Of a DNA stretch of 64,000 nucleotides, positions 16,312 to 25,149 are shown piece by piece; positions within the stretch are counted from its first letter, which is position 1; each line of letters begins with the position of its first letter. The translations under genes and the position numbers were made by a program. The stretch lies in the sequence record NC_070950.1. One strand, 5' to 3'. A model generated the notes under the pieces. That model saw only the letters and a list, made by a program, of their open reading frames with translations, had not been told where the DNA came from and made no database searches.

Positions 16312-16339
16312 AGTAGGAGGGGGGTTTCCTCCTCCTACT
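16312..16339 (+). terminator. CTCCTAC-family hairpin, inverted orientation
   Basis: AGTAGGAGGGGG-gttt-CCTCCTCCTACT with one G-U pair; T-rich tract downstream. Confidence 0.7.
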
Positions 16340-16370
16340 CCCTCGTGTTTATTTTTTGGGAATTTCGTTA

Positions 16371-16934
16371 ATGACCATAAAGACTCTTTCCGGGAGATTA
16401 TTTCTTAACCGAGATAAATCTAATCTCAACAGCGTAAGTTGGTCGGCTAAAGTCACCATTGTCGATTATGAAACGAAAAAGAAAGAAAAAATCCATAACG
16501 AGATTTTTGACGCTAATCTTACCATTCGTAAAGGGAATTCAAGCGTAGTCCTCCATACCAATAATGACGGGGTAGACAAAAATTTTGAATCTTTTTTGTC
16601 TAAGCTTCGGCTCATCAGCACTCACGTTCGTGATTTCGTTGAGCAATGCGAGATTAAGCGCAGTAAACCAACCCAGGTTAAAACCGAGCGCTACTGGTTA
16701 AATGACCCTGAAGGAATCGATAAATCATTTACTGGGTCACTGGTAAAGATATACGATACTTATAGCGACACCATAGAAATAAGTTCCTGTGAGCGATCAG
16801 CGCGTTGGTATATCAATAGTTACCTTAATCGAGGGAAGTCCGAGATTGGCGAACTTATTGTTTTACAGCGCGCCATAGATCGGCTCATTAGAGATATTGG
16901 TATTGTTTTAAAAGAGGTTAAAAATGGGGCGTAA
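16371..16934 (+). CDS. hypothetical protein with an internal tandem duplication (start moved from 16356)
   Basis: GRLFLN...LTIRKG...KLRLI and ERYWLN...IEISSC...ELIVL. Confidence 0.7.
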   Translation: MTIKTLSGRLFLNRDKSNLNSVSWSAKVTIVDYETKKKEKIHNEIFDANLTIRKGNSSVVLHTNNDGVDKNFESFLSKLRLISTHVRDFVEQCEIKRSKPTQVKTERYWLNDPEGIDKSFTGSLVKIYDTYSDTIEISSCERSARWYINSYLNRGKSEIGELIVLQRAIDRLIRDIGIVLKEVKNGA

Positions 16935-17343
16935 GAGTCACGGGGAAGATTATTCCGACGCAGAGCTTGATTTTATCGCAAGCGTAGCGCACAGCGTGCA
17001 ATGTGGGATAGACTATGCCTTTGGTCTACCGGAATTATATCAATGGGGGTTGATGGGAGAGGGGTATAAAGCCCAAATGAAAGCATCCGTCAGAGCCGTT
17101 CTGGTTCATGACAAATCACCAAAATCTCTCCATGGTAGTTGGCTTAGTCGACTAACCCAAGAAGGTTGGGTTCATGGAGAAGTAAAGGATGCGGAAAAGA
17201 AAACCCATCCGTTATTAGTTCCATTCGACGAACTTCCTATCGAATGGAAACTTCGTCTTCGTCAATTCCGAGCAGCAGTCATTCCTTTTAGAAAAACCAA
17301 AAATGCAGTGAGATCTAATCTCATTACCTTTTCAACAAAATAA
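16924..17343 (+). CDS. stand-alone RyR-domain protein
   Basis: LHGSWL...EGWVHGEVKDAEKKTHPLLVPFDELP. Confidence 0.85.
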   Translation: MGRKSHGEDYSDAELDFIASVAHSVQCGIDYAFGLPELYQWGLMGEGYKAQMKASVRAVLVHDKSPKSLHGSWLSRLTQEGWVHGEVKDAEKKTHPLLVPFDELPIEWKLRLRQFRAAVIPFRKTKNAVRSNLITFSTK

Positions 17344-17367
17344 CCTCACTAATTTAGGGCTACGATT

Positions 17368-18111
17368 ATGAGCGAGAACATTCCTTACGTTTACCTTCCT
17401 TCCGACATCAAACACGATTCCGGCGTTGTTTTGAATCGCGATAAGATCAACCGTTCGAAAACGATCATTAAAACGTTGGGGGTCAAAATAAAAGACCACA
17501 ACAACACCGTAAAGATGTTTGATAAAGCGATGTCTGGTGAGCTTTATCAAACCAAGGAGGGGAGAAAATACCGTTCGGTAACCTTCAAGTTACACGCCAA
17601 GCGAAAGAAGGAACTTCTGGAAGCGCTTAAAGCGGAAGAGAAGGTATTACAAGCAATGAAAGAATTCGGCGTGATTCTTCAACAGAATATTTACGATGCT
17701 CAGTCGATGAGTTTCGCTCCTTTCCCTTTAAAAGATTTTCTCGACTCTAAAGCACTCGGCAGTATTCCGGGTAAATCTGAATTGCGGGATCTTCGTCAGT
17801 CGTTAACCAAATTAATTGAAGTGGATCCTGATGCGGTTATCTGGATTGCAAAAAGAAATCTGGACGGGGTTCCGGTTGCTTTTATCGCCGGGCGAGACAA
17901 AGGCGATGACGCCTTCGACATGTCTATTTTCTATTCACACACTGAGGATGCAGAACGGCATAATGAGGTAATGAAATATCTCATTAAGCGTCTAAAATCG
18001 ATAGGGGTCACCCCTATCAGTCTGATCTCGATTTCTCCTGATTTTAGTGCGGCTGGTCACGCAATGGAGAAAATGGGCGGGCGCATGACTTCGGCACAAT
18101 TTGACTTTTAA
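17368..18111 (+). CDS. hypothetical protein, C-terminal half possibly GNAT-like
   Basis: VPVAFI...DMSIFYS...EVMKYLIKRLKSIG...AMEKMGG pattern. Confidence 0.4.
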   Translation: MSENIPYVYLPSDIKHDSGVVLNRDKINRSKTIIKTLGVKIKDHNNTVKMFDKAMSGELYQTKEGRKYRSVTFKLHAKRKKELLEALKAEEKVLQAMKEFGVILQQNIYDAQSMSFAPFPLKDFLDSKALGSIPGKSELRDLRQSLTKLIEVDPDAVIWIAKRNLDGVPVAFIAGRDKGDDAFDMSIFYSHTEDAERHNEVMKYLIKRLKSIGVTPISLISISPDFSAAGHAMEKMGGRMTSAQFDF

Positions 18112-18123
18112 GGGTGATTAAAC

Positions 18124-18798
18124 ATGGGTGTAAATTCTAGAACGATGTCGCTTTCTTACTACAAGACAAAAACGACAGATGAAAAAGACGAGTTTCCTAT
18201 TGACTCCGATATCAATACTGTCATCTTTGATTTCGAAACCGCTTCGCTTGGCATTAATCCAGCGATCCTCAGTATGGGCGCGTTTGCTTTCGATCGGTTT
18301 AGTTTAGAAACCACACAACGTCGAATGAAGAATCCTCAGGATAAGGATACGTTTTATCGTAATCTTAATCTAAAGGAATCGTTCTTCTTGGGTTTCGACA
18401 TCTCCAAAGAAACCGGAGAATGGCATTACAAAAAGAACGGAACTAACCTCGGTAAGATGTTAGAAAACGAGGTTTCTCCCTACGCGGCCTTACGGGAATT
18501 CAAACGCTTCATCATGTCTTATCGCCGTAAGACCGAGGACATGGTTATTCTGATTCGTCGCACTCACGCAGATTACATTTGGTTAGAGAATCTGTGTAAG
18601 CGATTGGATACAGAGATGTTCCTCAGGCACAACGACGTGATTGACATCCCAAGCATCGTGTTTGCTAAAACAGGTGACGTCAAAGGGCATTACACCCTAG
18701 AGGAAAGTTTGTTTGAAGGCCTTGTAAGTCATCATGCGCTGACCGATTGTTATTTGGATGCGCTTCGCATTTGTTCGCTGTACCAAGAAACGAAGTAA
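18124..18798 (+). CDS. DEDDh 3'-5' exonuclease
   Basis: ExoI FDFET, ExoII HADYIWL, ExoIII HHALTDC. Confidence 0.82.
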   Translation: MGVNSRTMSLSYYKTKTTDEKDEFPIDSDINTVIFDFETASLGINPAILSMGAFAFDRFSLETTQRRMKNPQDKDTFYRNLNLKESFFLGFDISKETGEWHYKKNGTNLGKMLENEVSPYAALREFKRFIMSYRRKTEDMVILIRRTHADYIWLENLCKRLDTEMFLRHNDVIDIPSIVFAKTGDVKGHYTLEESLFEGLVSHHALTDCYLDALRICSLYQETK

Positions 18799-18804
18799 AA
18801 ACGC

Positions 18805-18824
18805 AGAGGGGTTAACGCCCCTCT
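18805..18824 (+). terminator. hairpin with T-rich tail
   Basis: AGAGGGG-ttaacg-CCCCTCT followed by TTATTTTGTCTTT. Confidence 0.6.
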
Positions 18825-18856
18825 CTCTTATTTTGTCTTTTTTAGGAATTAACATC

Positions 18857-19153
18857 ATGGGTTTAGAATCTTTCTTTCGTCAATTACTAGATTGGCCTGA
18901 ATACGAAACACCATCGTACTTTATTAAAGACGGGGTATGTACGATTATAGACGGCGAAGACCAAATCAGTTTTCGCATAAGAGATATCAGCCGAATACGT
19001 TTGGTTAACCGCACCGTTAACCTCTACAGCCGCACGGGAATAGAGATCGCGTTCTACGGAAGGAAACCTCGCATTCACGTAGAGAGTTCTTCTGACTTTA
19101 AAGAGTATTTCGTTAAAATGATGTCCGATATCTTCGCTGGAAGGGAATGCTGA
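18857..19153 (+). CDS. hypothetical protein (start moved from 18758)
   Basis: The conserved leader TTTTAGGAATTAACATC precedes the in-frame ATG at 18857. Confidence 0.75.
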   Translation: MGLESFFRQLLDWPEYETPSYFIKDGVCTIIDGEDQISFRIRDISRIRLVNRTVNLYSRTGIEIAFYGRKPRIHVESSSDFKEYFVKMMSDIFAGREC

Positions 19154-19716
19154 TGAAAAGTATCAAACGTAAGTACGTAACGGCTAACGAACTTAAGAAT
19201 AGTAAGTTCATTATCTTCGGGGAAATGCATACAACAGAAGATCGTGATGAAGTCGATTTTTTGATTCGACGGGCTCACACGCTAAAGCCGTTTAAAGTCC
19301 TCTTTAGTGAGGAATGCGGAAGTGAAGTGTTCCTCACACCTAATGCCATTAAGCGAGGACTGGCATTAGAGAAATGGTCAATCAGCGATCGTTCGTTTAA
19401 ATTAGCGTTAGAGCTCGGGTTACAAGTCGTAGGGTGCGATCTTTGGGATAAATCCGTTTACGCCTGGGATAAGAAAGACGAGAACGGAATCTACACAGAT
19501 TGTCGACGTAGCTTCGCATTAAGAGAGCAGTTTATGATCGATCAGATCATGGGGCTGTGCAACCCTAACAATCCACATGTGCGTGGCTGTATGATCGTAG
19601 GAGACAGTCACCTAAGGATGACAAAAAATCCCGTTATGGGGGATGCCAGTGCGCTTGGCAAGCTTGTTTATAATCGGGGGTTAATCCTTCGTAGTGACAT
19701 TGGGGAAGTGGCATGA
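19147..19716 (+). CDS. EreA/ChaN/TIKI-like fold protein
   Basis: IIFGEMH, LFSEE, LREQFM, IVGDSHL. Confidence 0.55.
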   Translation: MLMKSIKRKYVTANELKNSKFIIFGEMHTTEDRDEVDFLIRRAHTLKPFKVLFSEECGSEVFLTPNAIKRGLALEKWSISDRSFKLALELGLQVVGCDLWDKSVYAWDKKDENGIYTDCRRSFALREQFMIDQIMGLCNPNNPHVRGCMIVGDSHLRMTKNPVMGDASALGKLVYNRGLILRSDIGEVA

Positions 19717-20141
19717 GAATATTCTTAATTCAGGAAAATTTTTGTAGTCGTGAATTCTTTTCTCTTTTAAAGGATTACGGGGTTCCTAAGGGGAATCTGG
19801 ATACGAATAAGGATGGGTATATCTACGTTCGCACCGGGATAGAGCCAAAGGAAATTATCCGGCGAATTAAGCTGGCCGATAGTCGCAAAATGAAAGTTGT
19901 TTTCATTATTCCGCATTATCTCAACCAGAGTAAAGAGCTGTACGCGGCTCTCAAGGACGATGGTCACAATTGGGAGAATCACCTAAGCATAGTCGGAAAT
20001 CATTTGGAAGAAGCCGATTATGTTGATTTTGTCAGAGACGACAACCTCACAGATATTGTAAAGATCATTCAGCGCGTTAAAACTGAGTGGGGTCGGGTCA
20101 CCCATCCCGCTTATTCGTCTATTTTTGGTTCAGTTAACTGA
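19713..20141 (+). CDS. hypothetical protein
   Basis: ATGA overlap; 142 aa. Confidence 0.75.
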   Translation: MRIFLIQENFCSREFFSLLKDYGVPKGNLDTNKDGYIYVRTGIEPKEIIRRIKLADSRKMKVVFIIPHYLNQSKELYAALKDDGHNWENHLSIVGNHLEEADYVDFVRDDNLTDIVKIIQRVKTEWGRVTHPAYSSIFGSVN

Positions 20142-20149
20142 AAACCCAA

Positions 20150-20185
20150 TACTCGCCACCTTTATGTTTAAAGGTGGAGTGAGTA
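20150..20185 (+). terminator. intergenic hairpin
   Basis: CCACCTTTA-tgtt-TAAAGGTGG with outer TACTC/GAGTA arms. Confidence 0.55.
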
Positions 20186-20201
20186 GAATAATTGGTCGGA
20201 G

Positions 20202-20630
20202 ATGATCATGAGACTATCCCAGTATAAAGATCTATTACAAAGTGTTTCGGCTGAGCCGATTCGGTTTAACTCTGAGTTCTACGAAAAAGTTATCCCTTTC
20301 CCTATTACAGGGAAAGACTCTACTAAGGCGCATTGGAGTTTGGTATTAAATCGCCCAGTTTCGGTAGAAGCGGCTTTCCTCAAATACGCGACTGGGGTCT
20401 TCGTTGATTTCGGGGAATACTTTACGATAAAGGAGCCGTTATCCTTAGCGGACTTCGTATTCCAATATAGCCGTAACGGCGGGTTTCAGTTAACGGAGTA
20501 TTTCACTCACTTTATTCCCGCCCCCGATATCACCAGCCCATACGGCTGGGCTACGGTATCACGTAACCCCTTAAATATTAAAGCGCACTACGATCTGTTC
20601 GTGGGGAACCCCAAGTTCATTAAAAAATAA
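20202..20630 (+). CDS. hypothetical protein
   Basis: GGAG SD; 142 aa. Confidence 0.75.
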   Translation: MIMRLSQYKDLLQSVSAEPIRFNSEFYEKVIPFPITGKDSTKAHWSLVLNRPVSVEAAFLKYATGVFVDFGEYFTIKEPLSLADFVFQYSRNGGFQLTEYFTHFIPAPDITSPYGWATVSRNPLNIKAHYDLFVGNPKFIKK

Positions 20631-20653
20631 TCACATATTTAATTGGAGGGATT

Positions 20654-21061
20654 ATGGCTAGATTTAAAAGACGCGGCGGTTACCGTTCCGATCATGGGCC
20701 GGAAGCTGAGTCCCTGAAGATAGAATTAATTCTCAATACGGGGTTGATTAACGAGCTTACAGAAGCGATAAAAGAGAGAAAATATTCAAGATTGCAACTC
20801 CAAATAGCTTACCACAATTACCGTCGGAGTCATTTAAATAAAACACAACCATTGACCGAATTGGAAAAGAACGCCCACATCGCAAAAATAGATCGGGTGA
20901 GCCGGATCCTTGCGGGGCTTTGCCTGCAGCATAAAGCCGCCGTCGGCAGACAAATCACCCTCAAGAGTCAATACCGAGAGGCATACACTGAGTATTATCG
21001 GGCTAACGGAATCAACACACATTTAATAATAGGGAGTTGGGGTTACATCCCGACCTCCTAA
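20654..21061 (+). CDS. basic hypothetical protein
   Basis: GGAGG SD; starts MARFKRRGG. Confidence 0.75.
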   Translation: MARFKRRGGYRSDHGPEAESLKIELILNTGLINELTEAIKERKYSRLQLQIAYHNYRRSHLNKTQPLTELEKNAHIAKIDRVSRILAGLCLQHKAAVGRQITLKSQYREAYTEYYRANGINTHLIIGSWGYIPTS

Positions 21062-21085
21062 GAAACCCTTTTAGGAACTAACATC

Positions 21086-21883
21086 ATGACAGACCAATGT
21101 GAGTGGAAAGACGTTTATGTGACAGGCTGCAATCATGTAAATGATAAGATCATGTTAAAATATCGCCCTCAGTTTAGTACGATGGAAGAACATGATAATG
21201 AAACCTGGGGTCTTCTCGACCAAGTCCCAGAAGATAAAATCGTTATCTTCTTAGGTGACAACTTCCTCAGTCCAGAAAGTCTAATAAGACTAAAACAGTA
21301 TAAGTTTTACAAAGTCCACGTACTCGGTAACCACGATCTCCAAAACGGAGTGAATATAAAAATGATTACCGACGTGATGGATGAAGTCCATGGCAGCATT
21401 AAAATGGACGGGATATGGTTCTCGCACATCCCGATGCATAAACACGCTTTAGGGCATGGTTATATTAACATCCACGCTCACATGCATACCGACACGTTAT
21501 ACGACGATCGTTACGTCAACGTAAGTATGGAGGCGACTAATTATCGTTTATTCTCTGTCGATGAAATACTGAACGGCAAGTACGTTCCTTTTTCCTTCCT
21601 CCCTAAAGGAAAAACAGAATCCTTAGATTTAACTGTCCCGATAAACGTTACTCGGTTTATTCTCGACGAAGAGATCTTTGATCAGGAAGGCAACTTGGTC
21701 GCAGAAATTAAATCAGTTGACGCCAGCCGCCCAATGAAGATAGACGTGAATATAAAAATGTTGCTTAGTGAATTTAAAGCGCATTTTAAATCACCTACCC
21801 AGTTCAAATTCGTCGCAGGTAGGGGGGAGGTTCACTCTAAAATTGTTTTCAACAAAATATCAACTCAGGAGTTATCATCGTGA
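21086..21883 (+). CDS. second metallophosphoesterase with a C-terminal extension
   Basis: TGCNH (replacing DxH), LGD, LGNHD, SHIP, HAHMH; clearly similar to 6633..7166. Confidence 0.82.
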   Translation: MTDQCEWKDVYVTGCNHVNDKIMLKYRPQFSTMEEHDNETWGLLDQVPEDKIVIFLGDNFLSPESLIRLKQYKFYKVHVLGNHDLQNGVNIKMITDVMDEVHGSIKMDGIWFSHIPMHKHALGHGYINIHAHMHTDTLYDDRYVNVSMEATNYRLFSVDEILNGKYVPFSFLPKGKTESLDLTVPINVTRFILDEEIFDQEGNLVAEIKSVDASRPMKIDVNIKMLLSEFKAHFKSPTQFKFVAGRGEVHSKIVFNKISTQELSS

Positions 21884-22236
21884 AAGAGGAAAGATTACTG
21901 CAGCTCATTGCTTCTTCTAAAGTTCTCGAAGTCGTCACAATCACCCATAAAGAACTCCTGGAAATTGCAGAGTGTCGGATTCAGGTAAAAACCTTTTATC
22001 CCGACATTGTTGATCGTTACCTCGGTTATCTCAAAAACTCTCCTGAACTAGGTACGGGTAAAACCAAAACGTCGCATCTCATCTGGATGCTGGAGAGTAT
22101 AAGGGATAATTCTGAAATGTCCCTTACTAAGAAACATCGTTGGTTGGGATACATTCAAGGTATTATGGTTTCTCACGGTATTCTTGATGTAGACGAAGAA
22201 CGTGACAGCACCAGAGAGATTTTCAGGGGATTGTGA
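21880..22236 (+). CDS. hypothetical protein, small helical phage family
   Basis: HLIWML...KKHRWLGYIQG...EER. Confidence 0.75.
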   Translation: MKEERLLQLIASSKVLEVVTITHKELLEIAECRIQVKTFYPDIVDRYLGYLKNSPELGTGKTKTSHLIWMLESIRDNSEMSLTKKHRWLGYIQGIMVSHGILDVDEERDSTREIFRGL

Positions 22237-22296
22237 TGACCAAGAACGGTGCGGGTAAACAACTTTACGTAAAACTTAATAACCTGGGGAAATAAA

Positions 22297-22890
22297 ATGG
22301 CGAATATTGAATTAATAAAGCAAACCAACGAAGAGGCGTTCAGTAATCCGCTTCCTGGCGATCTCTGGCACGAGATGTTTAACGAACAGCTCCGGGTCAT
22401 TAAGGTTAATGACGACGGGTCCTTATTTATCAGATACTCCCCATCTGGAATAAACCAGATCTTGAAGATTAATCGCTCGCAGTTCGCCCTTATGTTAAAG
22501 TACAAACATAATGATAATTTTTGTCTTGACGTGATAAGGGGCAAGAGTGTTTTCGATCTCCCAAGAAAGATCAGTAACGGTTTATTCGTTAAATTTGAAG
22601 ACAGCGGTTTAAGCTGCCGGGTAGTGGAGATCTTTAAAGACGTTTACGTTGTTGCAGACGCTAGCGCGCTGACTAACCTTTGCCTGGAAGTTGGGATGAA
22701 GAAGCCGTTAGTTCCCGATAATTTGCGTTATCCTTTAATCGTTCATCTTGGCGGGGTAGGTCAAGCCGATGAGTTACTAAAAGAAACCTCTCTAGCAAAA
22801 ATTAATCGCATCTTTGACTCGGTCAATTACAATAACTCGGTCAAAACGATTTACGGCTATAATCACTGGTTGGTATTCCGTAATTTTTAA
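22297..22890 (+). CDS. hypothetical protein
   Basis: SD; N-terminal PLPGDLWHEMF block. Confidence 0.75.
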   Translation: MANIELIKQTNEEAFSNPLPGDLWHEMFNEQLRVIKVNDDGSLFIRYSPSGINQILKINRSQFALMLKYKHNDNFCLDVIRGKSVFDLPRKISNGLFVKFEDSGLSCRVVEIFKDVYVVADASALTNLCLEVGMKKPLVPDNLRYPLIVHLGGVGQADELLKETSLAKINRIFDSVNYNNSVKTIYGYNHWLVFRNF

Positions 22891-22899
22891 GGATTCTAA

Positions 22900-23337
22900 A
22901 TGAGCTTACGCGCTTTGTATTGTGGTGGTGTCGTTAAAAATGGAATAGTGGCTTGGGGTAACCATATCCCGGTCACTCATCGAGAAACTTTCCTTCAATT
23001 TAAATTTCAACTCAAAGGATGTAAATCGGCTGGGTTCTTAGGGGACGAAGAAGGGTATTTGAAAATTTATGGTAAGAGTATTAGTCTCGGTATCGAGGCT
23101 AACGATTTTACTAATAAACGAATCAGGGCGGGTCAAGACAACTACCGGTTCTTCCGTTGCATGGTGACCGTAGGTAACTACGAATTCCCGTTATTATTTT
23201 GCGGAACTTACGAACCCGAGTTCTTTGAGTTACGTAAGGAAATCACCAGAGACGAGCTTGGCGATGCGTTGAGTCAGCTCGAACAACTGGGCTGCAATTA
23301 TGTCAGCAACGATCGCAGAACCGTTAACTGGCTTTAG
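22900..23337 (+). CDS. hypothetical protein
   Basis: AAGGA SD; 145 aa. Confidence 0.75.
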   Translation: MSLRALYCGGVVKNGIVAWGNHIPVTHRETFLQFKFQLKGCKSAGFLGDEEGYLKIYGKSISLGIEANDFTNKRIRAGQDNYRFFRCMVTVGNYEFPLLFCGTYEPEFFELRKEITRDELGDALSQLEQLGCNYVSNDRRTVNWL

Positions 23338-23346
23338 GAAAATGAA

Positions 23347-24570
23347 ATGTTCGAATATCTCATTCAGATAAATCAGGTTCTCTCTTCTGTTCCTATTATC
23401 GGTGGGAGTTTAGCGGTAGCCTTAGGCGGCGGGATCATTGCCGCCTTCTGGAAAGGTCCAGCGTTACTCTCGAGGATTTTTAACTCCACTGTTGTGGTTT
23501 CCTTCACTCTTAATAACTCAGGGTGGGGCAATAATACCAAGCACTACATTGCGTTTATTAAATGGTTTAACCGTTCAGATATTCTTAAGATAACGCGATC
23601 TACTGGTTACGAGGCCGTTTACGACAGCTCTGGTAAAGGGCCTAGTGTCGGCAGTCATTTATTTCGATTTAAGAATAAATGGTACTATCTCAAAATCAAA
23701 GAACTCCCTTCTACGGGAAGCGAGCGTGAGAAGAAAGAGATATGTATAAAGACGTTAGGGTGTTCTGTCAGCATTTTCGACGATCTCTTCGAGGCCTTTA
23801 AGGATAAGACAGATGACGACGGAGAACTCAAAGTAAAACGGTTCAGGGACAATCACTGGTACGACGCCTGTCTTCTCAGCAGGAGGTCGTGGGATACCGT
23901 CATCTTAAACAAAGAAAAGAAGGTGGAAATAGTCGAACTCATCGAAGAGTTTTACGCGTCGAGGGAGTGGTACCGAGAAAGAGGAATACCGTATAAACTC
24001 GTTATTGTATTGTACGGCCCGGCTGGGACGGGTAAGAGTACCGTTATCAAAGCGTTAGCACGCCTGTTTAACAAAAACCTTAACCTCATTTATCTTCACC
24101 AAATGACGGATAACACCTTCCCGGCCAGCATAGAGACGGTAGAGCAAGATTCTTTTATTGCCATAGAGGATTTTGATACGGTTTCTTCTATAGGGTCGAG
24201 GACCAAACCTAAGGAGGAGAAAGATCCGTTCCAAATAGACCTTTCAGACGGAGGATTAAACCTGACCACTGTTTTAAATACATTGGATGGGATCGCTGAA
24301 TTGAACGGTCAGGTCATCTTTATGTCCACCAATCATCTTGAAAAGATCGATAGTGCGCTGATTCGAACCGGTAGGGTAGATGCAAAAATCCATATCGGGT
24401 TTTTAGGTAAAGAAGAGGTCGGAGACTTCATTCAGATGATGTATCCCGGAACGGAAGCTGATTTGGATTTTGTTACAGAAATCTCTGGGTCGGATCTTCA
24501 GTCGTATGCGTTAGCCAACAAAAGAAATTCGGAAGGTTTCTTAAAAGAGCTTAAGGACCATTTTAAATAA
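23347..24570 (+). CDS. BCS1-like membrane-anchored AAA+ ATPase
   Basis: N-terminal TM; Walker A LYGPAGTGKS; Walker B IAIEDFD; LNTLDGI; STNH; DSALIRTGRVD. Confidence 0.88.
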   Translation: MFEYLIQINQVLSSVPIIGGSLAVALGGGIIAAFWKGPALLSRIFNSTVVVSFTLNNSGWGNNTKHYIAFIKWFNRSDILKITRSTGYEAVYDSSGKGPSVGSHLFRFKNKWYYLKIKELPSTGSEREKKEICIKTLGCSVSIFDDLFEAFKDKTDDDGELKVKRFRDNHWYDACLLSRRSWDTVILNKEKKVEIVELIEEFYASREWYRERGIPYKLVIVLYGPAGTGKSTVIKALARLFNKNLNLIYLHQMTDNTFPASIETVEQDSFIAIEDFDTVSSIGSRTKPKEEKDPFQIDLSDGGLNLTTVLNTLDGIAELNGQVIFMSTNHLEKIDSALIRTGRVDAKIHIGFLGKEEVGDFIQMMYPGTEADLDFVTEISGSDLQSYALANKRNSEGFLKELKDHFK

Positions 24571-24594
24571 CCTTTTATTTTAGGACAAACATCG

Positions 24595-25149
24595 ATGATT
24601 TTACAAGCAGTTAGCGTCGGTGGTAAGAAAACCACCATAGAAATAGAAGAAGGGCTTGTTAATGTTTGGCTGTTAGCTAAGCACGACGTCTTCTTACAAA
24701 ACTTACCTCCTCTGGTTTGTCATGCGTTGATTAAAGAACATATCGAACGCAATATTACCCGTCGACCCGACATTCCTTTAACAGCCCAAGTACGCGAGCT
24801 GATGTACCGTGATATTACCATTAAGCTCAACGGTAAACCAAACTCGGTCATTCCCGTAATTAAAGTAAGGCCGAGTAAAACCAGAAACCAGCTGAACCGA
24901 ATCGTCAAAGAGTACTTCACGGTAAACAGCATGGAGTTCGATAAGAAACTCACTGTTGGGGAAATGCGTAAATTGGAGAAATACCTCCTTTCTTTTTACA
25001 AAGAACCTGTGGAGATCCACAAGAAAGAATTCCCTAATGGGGTTTATAAACTCACCGGCGTGGAATACGAAAATGAGCGGTTTGAAATAACCTTCTCTGA
25101 CGATTTCTTCTTCGCCTTATTTAAAGGACCTGAATACCGTGTTCAATAA
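24595..25149 (+). CDS. hypothetical protein
   Basis: TTTTAGGA..AACATC leader. Confidence 0.75.
   Translation: MILQAVSVGGKKTTIEIEEGLVNVWLLAKHDVFLQNLPPLVCHALIKEHIERNITRRPDIPLTAQVRELMYRDITIKLNGKPNSVIPVIKVRPSKTRNQLNRIVKEYFTVNSMEFDKKLTVGEMRKLEKYLLSFYKEPVEIHKKEFPNGVYKLTGVEYENERFEITFSDDFFFALFKGPEYRVQ

Noticed and set aside
19713-20141. Resemblance to the guanylate-kinase C-terminus (VFIIP...DYVDFVRDDNL)
   Set aside because: There is no P-loop and the similarity is too weak to call without a profile search.
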